This document shows, in pieces, positions 43,696 to 59,770 of a DNA stretch of 64,000 nt. The position numbers and the translations under genes are program-made. The stretch lies in assembly GCF_009914755.1 (NCBI RefSeq), contig NC_060936.1, one strand, 5' to 3'. The notes under the pieces are model-generated. The model worked only from the letters and a program-made list of their open reading frames with translations. It ran no database searches and was not told the origin of the DNA. The DNA is from the human T2T-CHM13v2.0 reference genome, Homo sapiens. How positions within the stretch are numbered: the first letter of the stretch is position 1; every line of letters begins with the position of its first letter.

Positions 43696-44238
43696 TGTTG
43701 GTAGGGATGGGAGCTTGTTTCCAAGATGGCCACCATCCATTCCTTCATTTCCCGTACATGCAAGCCTTTCCCGATTGAGAAGTACAATCTCTTTCTCCAC
43801 TTCTTTGACTTGACCAATAGAGTGAAATGGAAAAGAAGACTCTCAGAAGACTGTGTGCCTTCTGAAGCTAGGCACAGAAGAAGCCTTGAAGCTTATTCCG
43901 GGGCTTCTTAGAACATTCAGTTTGGAGGAAGCCAGCCACCATGGGAGAAGCCCAGTCACCTTGATTGAGACTGCCAGGCTGTGAGGAGGCTGAAGCTAGC
44001 CCACAGACAGGTGGAGTGAAGAGAAAGAGATGCCCAGCCAGCCCCTACCTGTTCCCGCCATCCCAGCCCAGATCCCAGACACAACGGTAGAAGCCTTCAA
44101 ATGATCTAATCCCTGCCACCAGCTGACTGCAACCAGAGACCCTGAGCAAGGTCACCCAGCTGTGCCGAGGGCACCCACAGAATCATCAGAGATAATAGTG
44201 AGATGATGGGGTTCATTACAAAGCAAAAGATAGCCAGA
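43696..44238 (+). mobile_element. MLT1 (F/G/H-type) LTR
   Basis: ccaagatggccacca; ttgacttgaccaatagagt; gaagccagccaccatg; cacccacagaatcat. Confidence 0.75.
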
Positions 44239-44272
44239 AAAATGTGCGCTTCTTCTCAGTAATTTTGCCTGA

Positions 44273-44692
<420 letters not shown>

Positions 44693-45263
44693 TGAATGCC
44701 CGTTTTCCTTAAGCTGATATTGCCCCTCATAAATAATCTTTCTGTCCATAACATTTATCATTTTTCCTCTTTATGCTACAAGAGCTTCTCGAGCTTGGCT
44801 CCCATATTACTGATTTTGGTTTCCTGCAAGGTCACTGCTGCACTTTAACCACCCCCACTGGGGATTTAAATTCTGTCATTGCAATCATAGTTTTGCTTTT
44901 GTTTTTTAATCTCTGTCTACACTGTTCTTAGAAACTTCTGCTCCTATTTTATTGAAATTATCCCCTTTGTATATGTTCTATGTAGCACACAAGACAAATT
45001 TCCATTGTTTTTCTTCTGGGACACACAGTGAATATTTTTTAAAGGTAGCTTCTTCCTTTTAGAAAGACATTTCCTTCCTCTCATTATGCAGTAATTTTTT
45101 GCATACTCTCCACCGATTGACTTTTGTTTATTCATCTTTGCAGAAGCTGGTTATTACCTAGGCTTGTGTTTACCGACAGACAGGTTGTGTGAATTGCCCT
45201 CAGTACTTCTCATTGTCCACTAAAGTACCGGTTGACCCCAGCTCCTCACCCCAAACGCCACCA

Positions 45264-45573
<310 letters not shown>

Positions 45574-45871
45574 ACCACCACTTTATAATCTAAACCTGGA
45601 GAGGAAAGGCTGGCTGGTCTGTACAGCAACTAGAGGCAGTGTCAACCAGGTGCTCGCCTATTACACTGTGTTGAACTGAGGAGGGAACCCCTTCTATCCC
45701 ACTGCACTGTTGGCTCTTTGGCACAATGAACTAAAAGAAATGCATTAAAAACTATAATCCCCAGCACGCACTCCATTCCATGGGCAATAGCACTTCTGGG
45801 AGTTGTCCCTCTTGGGAATCAAAGTGCTTTTGACATTCTTCCCTCTATTTTATCTCCCCTGACCTATATAG

Positions 45872-46200
<329 letters not shown>

Positions 46201-46684
46201 TTGGAAACTTCAGTCTCTAACTTCAGTAGAACTATGGGCCAGTAAGAAAAAGAGTACTTCACCTATAAAATTACACACCCCTCCTCACCACACAGTGGAG
46301 AAAACTTCCACCCCTCCTCCAACCCCAAGTTTCTGATTGGCACAGACTCCGGGTCTCAGAGACTGGGGTTGCAAGCAGGGAAATTGTTGAGTACTTTTCG
46401 ACCTCTTTTTGGCCTGGAGTGGTTCCCCTAACTCAGGAGATAAAACTTGAACAGAATCCCCATTGTTTATCTCAACCCATCTCCATCTGCCTTGTATTTA
46501 TGGAAATTCCTCCCAGATTCTAGCAAAAAGGGCCTGTCAGTCTTGGGTGTCAGCACTGTGAGTTTTCAATTCTTTCTGCCTTCTTAGGTATTTTAGTGGA
46601 AAGCTGGGAAAATACGTCTCAGGAGCTTCTACTCTGGTGCCAGTTTAAGTTGACCCTCTTCCCCTTACAGTTTCACCTACTTTT

Positions 46685-46830
46685 TCACTCATTCACTCAT
46701 TCAATCAACAAACATTTATGGGAAACTTAAAGTGTGCGGGGTATGATACCATACACTGGGAAGCAGAAGGTGAATTGAAGCTTCTCCTTGCCCTTGGAAG
46801 AGCCTCTCTTTTGGAGGAAGCACTGTCATA
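46685..46830 (-). mobile_element. L2 3' end
   Basis: cactcattcactcattcaatcaacaaacatttat. Confidence 0.7.
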
Positions 46831-47269
46831 GTTCTCGTATGAGTACAGGAGTGGTGTGTGATGCTGAGACTTCGATAAACCAGAGAGGTTAAGTGACCTG
46901 TGCAAGGCTGCACAGTAAATTGGAGCAAGATCCAGAGAAGAGGCTGGTTCTCCTGGTTCTCCAGTCCACATTCCTCCCACTGTGTCTCCTGGCCTCCTCC
47001 TTCTTATCATCCTGAGTTTCCTCTCCAGCTCTCCCATGGCTGGGATAACTTATAGCCATTGCTCCATTCCTTACAGATATTTATGTGTGGAGTTCAAGCT
47101 TCTCCCCAGTTCTCACCCAGCCCCTGGTCCTTCTCACCCTAGAGCCCTTTTTTGGGCTAGGAACACCTCATATCACAAACTGGAGAAGGTGCCAAGAGGT
47201 CTCTGCTACACTCTTCTTATGTTGGTGGCCTATGACTTAACCCCTTTGCTTTTCTCCTTTGACCAGGTC

Positions 47270-47525
47270 TTTAGAGCAAATGGGCTGATGTCTGTGACCT
47301 TCAGATTCAGACAATCTGCTCAAAGCCCCACTCTGACACCTCTTTGCTGTGTGCCCTTGGCCAAGTTACTTGCTGTCTCTGAACTTCATCTCTTCACCTG
47401 TAAAATGCGAATAATAACACTGTTCCCACTATTGACGTGTTTACATGAGCTTGTTTGAGCATGCGTTTAGCACAGTGCCTGGAATGTAGCAAATGCTCAG
47501 TAAATGAGAGCTGCTATTATTACCG
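47270..47525 (+). mobile_element. MIR
   Basis: gctgtgtgcccttggccaagttactt...cacctgtaaaatg...tagcacagtgcctgg...gctcagtaaatg. Confidence 0.88.
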
Positions 47526-47657
47526 TTGTTGTTGTTAGTGCTAGTATTCTGCCTGGTTAGATCATGTTCTCCTTGAGGACAGAGACTGTGTCATTTCCAG
47601 GCTGCCTCCCCAGCACCAACACACACAAGTCTTTGACAGATGTTCATTCAGTGTTTG

Positions 47658-48569
47658 GTGACACACTTACGTCCAATCAAGATGATCAGGCTGCACCCTC
47701 AATTGTAAGAAGGTAAACTTGGAAAGGAAGGTGTAACCCAGTGGCTCCCAAAGTGAAATCCCTGGAACCCCAGTTCTTTAGCTTGTTTTGGGAAAAAAAG
47801 CGTTCTCTACGCAAATCAACTTGGGAAACACTAAATCCTCTACCCCTTCTTGGGAAAGTCAAATGAGCCTTAAGACATTAAAAGCTCTGACAATTTCTGC
47901 ATGAAATAAACCGTGGAACTTTGTTAATCTCGCTGTTGCCCATACTTAATTGACCAGGGAATGCTTTTCTCGTAGAACATCTATTATCAACTCACTAACT
48001 TTGTGTTCTAGAGGATACTCTCAAAGAGCCCCTGGTGCACACCATTCCTGAATCCCATCCTGTAGCTGCCACTCTGTAGGTATAATCTGCCAATTAGATT
48101 GCTTTCAGAATACCTGATAGGGGCTAGGCGTGCATTTGCTATATCTTTCATGGGGCACTGCTACCAAAAACTCTGCCAATATCCCTCATGAGGCCAAAAG
48201 CCAATGGGGAAGCCAAGAGCACAGTGACTTCTTTTTAAACAACAGAATAGTCATCAATATGCATTTTTTTTTAAATCCTCAGTTTATTGTACGAACAATA
48301 ATGAATAATTGGTTTGCTATAAAGACAGAAGAAAGATAGTTCCTGTGCCCTTGCCAAGGGTTATTTTGAACAATGATACCTTTGCAACTGACCTGAAACC
48401 TCATTCCTGTTTTAATCCCTGGGGTTTAAAGGGATTACATTAACATTAAAGAACTGGGGTTCCAGGGATTTCACTTTGGGGAGCACTGGGTTACACCTTC
48501 CTTTCCAAGTTTACCTTCTTACAGTTGAGGGTGCAACCTGATCATCTTGATTGGACTTAAGTGTGTCAC
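47658..48569. repeat. 123-bp inverted duplication (arms 47658-47780 and 48447-48569)
   Basis: Manual alignment: 3 substitutions plus one 3-base local shift (~95%). Confidence 0.95.
47739..48022 (+). mobile_element. MER103C-like (hAT-Charlie)
   Basis: cagtggctcccaaagtg...ttgggaaacact...attaaaagctctgac...aacatctattatca. Confidence 0.72.
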
Positions 48570-48789
48570 ATGGAAACTACATATTTATATTTTGCAATAA
48601 ATGCTATGATCAGATGAGGTCCCCCACTAGCATGTTCAGTTGCATCCAGAAATAGACTGGTTTCTCCCACCTTCCCTCATCATGCCTGTGGGTGTCTCTA
48701 GCCCAAAGTAACACCTTGCAATCCACAGCCCAGGCAATCTCCCTGCCTGTCTCTCTGCCTTTACCCTTGAGCACCTTTTTTCTTGCCTG

Positions 48790-48980
48790 TAATGGTAATA
48801 GTAACTGCCATTTGTTGATCACTTACTGTAGGCCAGGCTCTGCTGTAAGCTTTACCTGATTTAATTACCTGATTTAACTGTTACTTGATTTAATTCTTCT
48901 GGCAACTCTGTGAGTGGATATTTATAATCTGCAATTGACAGATGAGGAAATTGAAGCACCAAGAGGTTAAGCAATGTGCC
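48790..48980 (-). mobile_element. MIR
   Basis: acagatgaggaaattgaagcaccaagaggttaagcaa. Confidence 0.8.
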
Positions 48981-49092
48981 GACACCTAGTAGGTCCCGCC
49001 CACACCTAGTAGGTCCCGCTCCTCTTCACATGGCTAGGTAGGAGGGCGGGTGGAGCTGCATTTACTCATCTGGGCCTCCAGTTTTTGTTTCC

Positions 49093-49285
49093 ATTGAGGT
49101 GAAATTCGCATGATATAAAATGAACCATTTTGAAGTGTACGACTCAGTGGTGTTTATTAAGTACATTCACAGTGTTGTGCAGTCACCCTCTCTGTCTAGT
49201 TGCAAAACATTTTCTTTGTCCCAGAAGGACACCCCAAACCCACTAAGCAGTCACTCCCCACTTCCCCTTCCCCCAGCCCCTAGCC
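49093..49285 (-). mobile_element. L1MB 3' terminus
   Basis: attgaggtgaaattcgcatgatataaaatgaaccattttgaagtgtac. Confidence 0.82.
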
Positions 49286-50903
49286 CCTTTCATTCTGCTT
49301 CCAGCTTCCAGTTGATTTGGCCCATCCAGTATCTAATGCCTTGCCTGGAATAACACCTTACTTTCCTCAGGGAAATCATCCTTTCCTTGTGCAAAACTAG
49401 TTAGTCCTTGGATTCCTGGAGAGGAGGGGCTGGGTCTTGGTCCCTTCCGCATCTCCAGCAATCAGCATGGAGCACAACACAGACTTGTTGAAATAACAGA
49501 AGCTCCACCTCATTTCTAGTGGTTTACCTTTAATGTCTATTGAGTTTATTGAGGCCCTACCATGTGCCACTATGGAACTCTAGCAGGAGGCAGAAAAGAT
49601 GATCCCTATCATACAGAAGGGGGAATTGAGGCTCAGAACATTTAAGCCACTTACCCAAAGGCTGATTTCACTGTGACTTTGTAATTACTGTTCCATTGAA
49701 CACCAGAGCTTTCTGCCCATCAATGCCCTTGCCATCCCTCCCCTCTGTTTGGGGTCTGGGTTTACTCCTGTGTTAAAAAAGCAAAAGGCCCGACACACAA
49801 AGGGAACCCACATACCCGTAAGGCCACCCAGCCTTCTTCAAACACCCAGCCGCTTTGCTCTTGGCTGGGATTCTCTGGGCTTTGGGAGCCTCCTGCTAAT
49901 CAGAAACCCTGGTCTGCAGTTTGTACGTCTTTGATGAATAAAAAATGGGGAAACAAATTAATTATTACTTAATAAATTCAGTTTGGTTGACAACAATTTT
50001 TCAGAACATGAGGCCTCCAAAGTTGGAGTCAGCCCAGGTGTCCATCAACGGGTGGCCAGTGAAATGGACGATGACGCCTTCTCATGGTGGCATGCCTGGG
50101 ATGGGGAGCTCCGGGCAGTAACGTGGAAAGGTGGGAAGGTGTCCGGGGCATCATGTCTAAAGGGAAAAGAAAATTGCAGGGGAGTTTGAGTTTGGACAGC
50201 ACAAACTCATTCTTGTGGATGGAAAATAAATGTACATGGGCAGGGATGTAAATATGATGTAGTCACAGAGAAAATTCTAAAAAAACGCCAAATTCAACAA
50301 CAGTGATCTCTGGGTAAGAGGGTAGAATTAAGGGAAATTTCTGCTTCCTTTTCCTCACTGTGGGTAATTTATTTTAACTAAAAAATGATATAGAATCGAT
50401 GTAAAAACTTTTAAACATTACAAAAGTGCATCTAATCTAGAGAAATATCCCTGGTCTTCATGCATCTTATAGAAGTATAACCATGGTTTGGAACATATTC
50501 TTCCACAATTTTTTCTTTGCACACATAAACACATAATATGCATATATGTACTTTTGGAAGCTAAAAACTGAATTGTAGAATTGCATAGCATGCTCTGTCC
50601 CTGGGACTCTATATTGTGGGCATCTTACCAAGTCCATTCATGTCGATCTAGTTTATTCTTTTTAACGGCTTCATAATATTCCATGGTTTTCGTGCCCCAA
50701 GTGTATTTAACCAATCCTCTCTCATAAACACTTAATGTTTAGGTTGCTTCCAGTTTTTTGCTACTACAAACTGAGGTGCACTGAATATGTGTGAACATTC
50801 ATCTTTGCACTAGGTGAATATGACTAGTTACAAGATAAATTCCAAGAAGTGAAATTGCTGGACTAAGGGGGATACACTTATAAAAATGTGGAGGCAGCAC
50901 TCC

Positions 50904-51023
50904 AGCAGGGCGCTGTGGTATCCATCTGTAGTCCCGGCTGCCCGGGATGCTGAGGCTGGAGGATCAATTGAGCCCAGGAGTTTGAGACCAGCCTGGGCAA
51001 TGTAGTGAGACCCCCGTCTCAAA
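50904..51023 (+). mobile_element. FLAM_A-like monomer
   Basis: ctgtagtccc...ttgagcccaggagtttgagaccagcctgggcaa. Confidence 0.82.
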
Positions 51024-51081
51024 GATAAATTCATTAAATATGGATGGGTATTGCCAAATTGTCTTCCAAAAAAGTTGGTGA

Positions 51082-51457
<376 letters not shown>

Positions 51458-51661
51458 TGTTCTCCCATTTTTTTAATCTGATAAAGATGGAGCTTATTAT
51501 GGTTTCAGTCTGCCATCTTCAATTCCAAGTACAGTTGAATTCGTTCTCAGCTTAGTGGGCAGTTGTTTTTCTTCTGTGAATATCTACATGCTTTGCCCAC
51601 TTTTTGTTTAAGGCTTTTACTTTCTACATTATATAGACTTTCTTATGGCAAATAGCCAGTT

Positions 51662-51985
51662 CAAGTCTACAATCCTTTATCTGAAACCTTTGGGGGAAGA
51701 TCTATTTCAGGATTCAAAATCTGTGTGGCTCTTAGAAAGGCATCGGGAGCCGTGTCTTATCTAACACTCCCAGAGAGGTTTGGGGCAGCACTCTATAATC
51801 AAACACATTAATATTTCTGCAGTGAAAGGTATAAACATTTCCACAAAGGGGGATGAATAAGTAATATAAATAACCTCATATTGGTTCCGATCAGCTTTTG
51901 CCACCACACATGTTAACCAGGAAGGACTCAACAGTTTCCAGAGCTTTTAGGACTTTAGAATTTTGGCTAACAGACGGTGGACTTG
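51662..51985 (+). mobile_element. MER46C-like (Tigger) MITE
   Basis: Termini caagtctacaatcc / ggtggacttg; ataatcaaacacattaatatttctgcag. Confidence 0.7.
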
Positions 51986-52025
51986 CATTATTTTTGTTTG
52001 CAGAGGGGAAAAAAAATGATAAAAT

Positions 52026-52740
<715 letters not shown>

Positions 52741-52760
52741 ACAGTTAACCTTAAAATTAA

Positions 52761-53058
<298 letters not shown>

Positions 53059-54679
53059 TGAAATGAATAATGCCCATGCAGGGAAATTAACAGCAAGTGA
53101 CAAAGGGCCAGGGTTCCTTCCTTCATCTGCAGACTTTGGGAGCATCAAGGCAAGTGGGACGAGATGGGGAATATGTATGTTTAGCCCGAGCTCTCAGGGA
53201 CAGAAGCACATACACCCCATCACTGTTGCCTTCAGCCAGCTGGCTTCAGCCCTCTCCCTAGCATGCTTTTTTCCTCTTCCAGCCCTGTGGCCCTAACCCC
53301 ACTCCCCCGATCCGCCATTCCCAATGCCTGTCTCCTGTGCGTCAGGGGCCACCTGTGCATCAGGGCCAGCAAAGACCACCTTTCCAGCAGCCCCTTCTAC
53401 CCTGACAGCTGTGTGACGTCTCCTTCACACCACGCCTGGATGCAGATGAAATTAATTCAGTCTCATGGAGCACCCTGGCAGAAGAGCCTCTCACCTCCCT
53501 GCCGTCCAAGAGCATAAGTCAGTGATTTCCACGAGAAGGCCCTGATACTAATTCTTTCCCCAATATATAAAAACCAGGTGCTTCCAGGAAGTGTAAATAT
53601 GAATCTACTTTAGGCTCTTAGAGCTACTGTGGAATTGAATAATCATAAAAGATACTTCTTCCATAGAGATTTATGCCTTCCTTGTGCCCCCACCCCCAGT
53701 TCCCAACCGATAAAAAAACCATATTTTACCAAAATATATCTCCCATCAGCGGTCCTGGAACACCTCACTAACTGACTATATTTATTGGGAAATGATTCAC
53801 ATTAATTTCAGGCATCATCCTAATATTATATTTATGACAGACTGTGTGAGCAGAGGCAAGGGCCCTCGCCTCGTTCCTGGCATACATTTTCTGTCTCTGC
53901 AAATACATATTGTAAACACTGCCTAGAGAGATAGAATCATAAAACCAAAATAGGTTATCTTTGGAAAATCTGTTAATCCTAATCAAATAAGACAACTGCT
54001 TGCCTGATTTGAGAAGCTGAGAGGCTTTACCCAAGGTCTGGGGGAGAATTTCCCTTGGAACTTTCTTATTCCCATATCCCTCCCACAACCATTTTTATTC
54101 TAAGATGTGACTCGACTTTTTCATGCTGGGGAGACCCTCACAGTGAATGAAGCTTGACATTCAAATCCTGCCAAGTGAATAGTTGCTCATTGTGTGGAAG
54201 GAGGAACTAAAGGGTTAAAAGCAGACAAGGCAGGAAGATAAGATCAAGGTATGTTTGTTCAGTGAATGCATTTTGTGTCGTTTGATGCAGAGAGATGTCG
54301 TTATGGACCCAGATAGAGAAACCACAAAACGTCTGCCCCTAGGGATAGGGGGACTCTGGACAAGCCAGAGGCTCACCAGAGACAGACAACTCCCTGATGC
54401 TGGGAGGGAAGAACCTGAAGGCTTTTAAGAATAGGAGATCTAATATTTAATCTTAAATTGCATTGTGCAATGTGATGTAGACACACACACATGCACACAC
54501 CACTGCAACTGTCATGTCTAATAAAAGTCATACACCCAGTATAACCTAGAGTTGGGGGCACTCTGGGGAAAAGGGACAAAGGGCTTTGTCCCACGTTGGG
54601 GTTGCTATCATCTGCCTGCCTGTATTCATTCCCGCATCTAGGAGCAGCACCCCTCACCCCTCCCTCACCCCAGTGCAAG

Positions 54680-55200
54680 GTTTGGGTGAAGCCCACCTCA
54701 ACCCTTGGCTCCAAGGATGAGCACATGACTTAGACCTGGCCTATCAGAGCATTTTATCTGCCTCGACATAATGATTGGTTCCTGATGCCCATGTGACTCG
54801 GGCCTAGCCAATTGGAGCATTTAATCCTCCTAGACACAATCACTGGTGTCAGACCTGGCCAATCAGAGCTTGTTGTCCTTCTGGCTACAGTGATTGGTTC
54901 TGGGATTGGCACACATCTAAGACTGGCTCATAAGAACAGGCTCTCTCTCTGGCCCCAGAGTTTGGTACAGGAAAGGGCAGGACTCAAAGACAGACTGAAG
55001 AAAGCCAATCCAGGATTTTTGCTGGAACTTTGAGGAAGGAAACGACAAGCTCTCTTTAGACTGGGGTTTTTGAGGGATGGGATGCAAGCTTGAGTACCTA
55101 GCAGGTATCTTCCCACCATGAGGGTGGAAAAATTTTGCCGCGTGACTGAGAATAAAGACCATAGACAAAAACAGCAGAGCAGTAAGAAAAGCTAGATTCC
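54680..55200 (+). mobile_element. MLT1K/L-like LTR with a repeated CCAAT module
   Basis: agacctggcc(t/a)atcagagc at 54732 and 54851; gattggtt twice. Confidence 0.65.
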
Positions 55201-55229
55201 CAATGAGATAAACATGATGACAAGAATAC

Positions 55230-55445
55230 GAATACTAATAACTCGTATCTTGTGCTTACCATTGTCAAACTCTACTCTAGAAGCAATACCTATATTTACG
55301 TGGTCCTCTAACAACCCTAGGAGCTTTTATTACTTCCACTTCACAGATGAGACGATGGAGGTACAGAGAGATCACCCAGCAAGGGGCAGAGCCAGAACTG
55401 GAAGTCAAGCAATCTGGTTTCATAATCCCTGTTCATAACTACTGT
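55230..55445 (-). mobile_element. MIR
   Basis: ccacttcacagatgagacgatggaggtacagagag. Confidence 0.72.
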
Positions 55446-55528
55446 GCCTCATTCAACAAACATTTACTGAGCACCTACTCTGTGCCAGGCTGTGTGAGGA
55501 CATGGAGAGGAACCAGCCCTAATCCCTG

Positions 55529-56241
<713 letters not shown>

Positions 56242-56676
56242 CTCCTGGTCTCCAGGAGCTCAGGGTGGAGGAGGGGGTCATGAAGGACGCAGGCCGGTTG
56301 GCCACTGGGTGGACTGAGCCACAAGTGCAGTAGGTGCCCTCCGCCCGTGACTGTGCTGCCACCTGCTTCCATTTGCAGAGACACTCATTCTCTTCAGGAG
56401 AGCAGCTCTGGCCCTAACAGGCCTTCAGAAATGTCAGGGGTATTTTTAGCCTGGAGAGTTGGTGCGTCCCGTGGCACATGAAAGAAACGAGACTGCTCTG
56501 GGAAGACAAATGGGAAGCCACAAGAGACTATTTCAGGAGAGGGGCTGGGTGCAGGGGCAGCCTGGGAGCTTTGTAGGGAGGAATGAGGGGAAAACAGCCA
56601 GATCGCTGGGTATCTGGAACTGGGGAGGGGGCTGCTACTTGGAGGAGCCTGGAACCTTCCAGAAAGTGCCACCTTA

Positions 56677-57189
<513 letters not shown>

Positions 57190-57460
57190 TCAAGAGCCAG
57201 AAATACAAAAAAGAAAGCACAACTGCTGTTCCTACATTAGCTGGAGGTGGAACATCGTAGAACAGTGTGGTAACCTCAGGGGCTCTGCTTACACTTAGCC
57301 TGTTTTGCAAGGTCAGGGAAGGCTCCCTAGAAGAGGTGACGCTTGAATTGGAGGCTTCAAAGGCAATCCAAAGAGAGCCAGGCCAAGAGGGGAGTCAAGT
57401 GCAGAGGCCTGGAGGTGTACTGGCAAGAAAAAGAAAATAATAAATAAAAATAACAGCTCC

Positions 57461-57677
57461 CCAGCCTGGCCAATATAGTGAGACCTCATTTAAAAAAAAA
57501 ATAAAAAATTAGCCGAGCATGGTGGCATGCATCTGTAGTCCTACCTACTCAGGAGGCTGAGGTGGGAGGATCGCTTGAGCCTGGGAAGTAGAGGTTGTAG
57601 TGAGTTGAGATCGCATCACTTCACCCCAACCTGGAGAACAGAGCAAGTCTCCGTCTCAAAAAAAAAAAAAAAAAAAA
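57461..57677 (+). mobile_element. 5'-truncated AluJ-type
   Basis: TSD aaaataaca(g/a)ctccc. Confidence 0.9.
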
Positions 57678-57689
57678 TTTAAAATAACA

Positions 57690-58060
57690 ACTCCCTGAGG
57701 AGCAGGCACTGCGCTAATTGTGTAAAGGCAAGACTGAGTTTCATCCCCACAACAACCCCAGGAGGAAAGTGCTATTATAACCTCTGATTTGCAGAGAGGA
57801 AACATCTGGCTATAAAAAGTTAAGAGCATGGACTTTGTGGCCAGGTGCTCTGAGTTGGAATCCTGACTTCAACATTTACAAGCTGTGTTACCCAAGGCAA
57901 GTGACAGTCCCTCTCGGGGCCTTAGGTCACCCATATGTAAAAGGGAAATTATAATAGCGTCTACCTCATTTAGGGTTGCTGTGGGAGTTACATGAATTGC
58001 TGTAAGGAAAGTGCTTAAAACACTGCTCAGTGTGAAAGCCATTGTTCAGTAAGTGCGGAA
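57690..58060. mobile_element. Two MIR pieces in opposite orientation (- 57690-57810; + 57815-58060)
   Basis: cacaacaaccccaggagg...gcagagaggaaac; gttaagagcatggacttt...gggttgctgtggg. Confidence 0.78.
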
Positions 58061-58101
58061 TGGATGAATGAATGGAGAAGTGAATGAATGAAATTAGGGC
58101 T

Positions 58102-58323
58102 TGATATGGTTTGTCTGTGTCCTCACCCAAATCTCATCTTGAATTGTAGCTCCCATAATTTCTACGTGTTGTGGGAGGGTCCTGGTGGGAGATAACTGAA
58201 TCATGGGGGCAGTTTCCCCCATACTGTTCTTCTGGTAGTGAATAAGTCTCACGAGATCTGATGATTTTATAAGGGGTTTCCCCTTTCACTTGCCTCTCAT
58301 TCTGTCTTGTCTGGTGCCATGTA
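58102..58323 (+). mobile_element. THE1B/C LTR, 3' part missing
   Basis: tgatatggtttgtctgtgtcctcacccaaatctcatcttgaattgtagctcccataatt...gccatgta. Confidence 0.88.
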
Positions 58324-58816
58324 GGGTGCCACCTAGGGTGGTTCTGAGGTTTTGATGTAAGAACACATGTCAAAAGCTTAACCAGGGCTTCAAACATAGT
58401 CACTGCTCAAAAAACATCAGCCGCTTGATGATTCTTGTTAGCAAATACTACTATGTGTGTCCTCCTTGTTGGCCCTGCCTCTTGGTGCATTCACCCTTCT
58501 TTACAAGAGCCCAAGTTTGGGTCCAGAAAAGCAACACTCAGCCTGCCTTTGCTGTTGGCCATGGCTCTGATTTAGGAGACGCTGGGAGGGGCCCTTTCTG
58601 TAGGTGCTCAGCTAGTATGGACTGCTGGGTGGATTTCCAGGAACCAGGATTCACACCCAGGCCCTCGTGTTGATGCTGAGGTACAAAGACGAATAAAAAA
58701 GTATTCCTGCTTTCAAGGCGTTCTTGTTCAACTGAATGACTTCTCTTCAGGCTATTCCAATGGGCTGGTTTGATTAACAACAACAACAACAACGATGATG
58801 ACAGTCATAATAGTTA

Positions 58817-59550
58817 GGAAGCCACCTTTGTAAAGATAAAGAAAATTATGACCATGAAAGAGATTTGACCAAACTGACTCCATCTTGCCTTTCACCTTCA
58901 GGCTGCCCTTGTTCATTCCTGGGTGTAGGCAGAACTAACTTTGGGAGGAATTTTATTTATAATTTAGCTTTAAAATAAAAGTGATCACAGTGCCTCCCCA
59001 AAACAAACCTCCTCCTTGCTTAGGGACCAGACCGTCTTTGTAAAGCTAACACATTAGCCACAAGATTAGAAATAATGGCTCAGGAGTCATGCAGTCAGAG
59101 GCCACAAAATTTCTAACCTCCCCATTTCCTCCTGTGGATAACGTTACTATTGTGAGACTTAAGATTGGTGTTTCAGATATTTTTCGGACCCTACATTCTG
59201 GTGGATCAGCTGGTGCTGCCCAGACAGGTAAGCTGGCTCATCTGTTCTTGTGGCCCCCATGCAGGAACTGATTCAGCCCAAGAGGACAGCTTTGAATACT
59301 TGTGATTTCATCCCCAACCCCAACCCCAACCAATTGGCACTCCCCATTCCCTAGCCCCCTGTCCACAAACTATCTTTAAACACCCTAGCCTCTGAATTTT
59401 CTGGGAGGATGATTTGAGTAATATTAAAACTCTGGTCTCCTGTTTAGCTGGCTCTATATGTATTAAACTCTTTCTCTGTTGCAACTCCTCTGTCTTGGTA
59501 AATTGGCTTTATCTGGGTAGCAGACAAGAAGAATCCATTGGGTGGTTACA
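58817..59550 (+). mobile_element. LTR8-family (LTR8B-like) ERV1 solo LTR
   Basis: gactccatcttgc...ttgttcattcctgggtgtaggc...attagccacaagattagaaat...gggtggttaca. Confidence 0.85.
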
Positions 59551-59770
59551 GCTGCAAATTTAATGACTGTTTACAACATGCCTGGCATCGTGCCAAGGTC
59601 TTTATTCACTGCCTTCACGTGATCCCTCTCAACCCAGAGAGTAGGCAATATTATTACCCCTTCTACAGGTGAGAAGAGTGAGCCCACAGAGGGAGTGAGT
59701 GGGCCTCAGCCCCATGGCCGGCCTGGAGCTATGTTGTGAACATGAAGCCCATGCCCTTTCTAACCACTCA
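59551..59770 (-). mobile_element. MIR
   Basis: attattaccccttctacaggtgagaagagtgagcccacagag. Confidence 0.72.

Noticed and set aside
46982-47458. 158-aa ORF with a signal-peptide-like N-terminus
   Set aside because: Starts at GTG, the hydrophobic stretch comes from a CT-rich run, and the C-terminal part is MIR.
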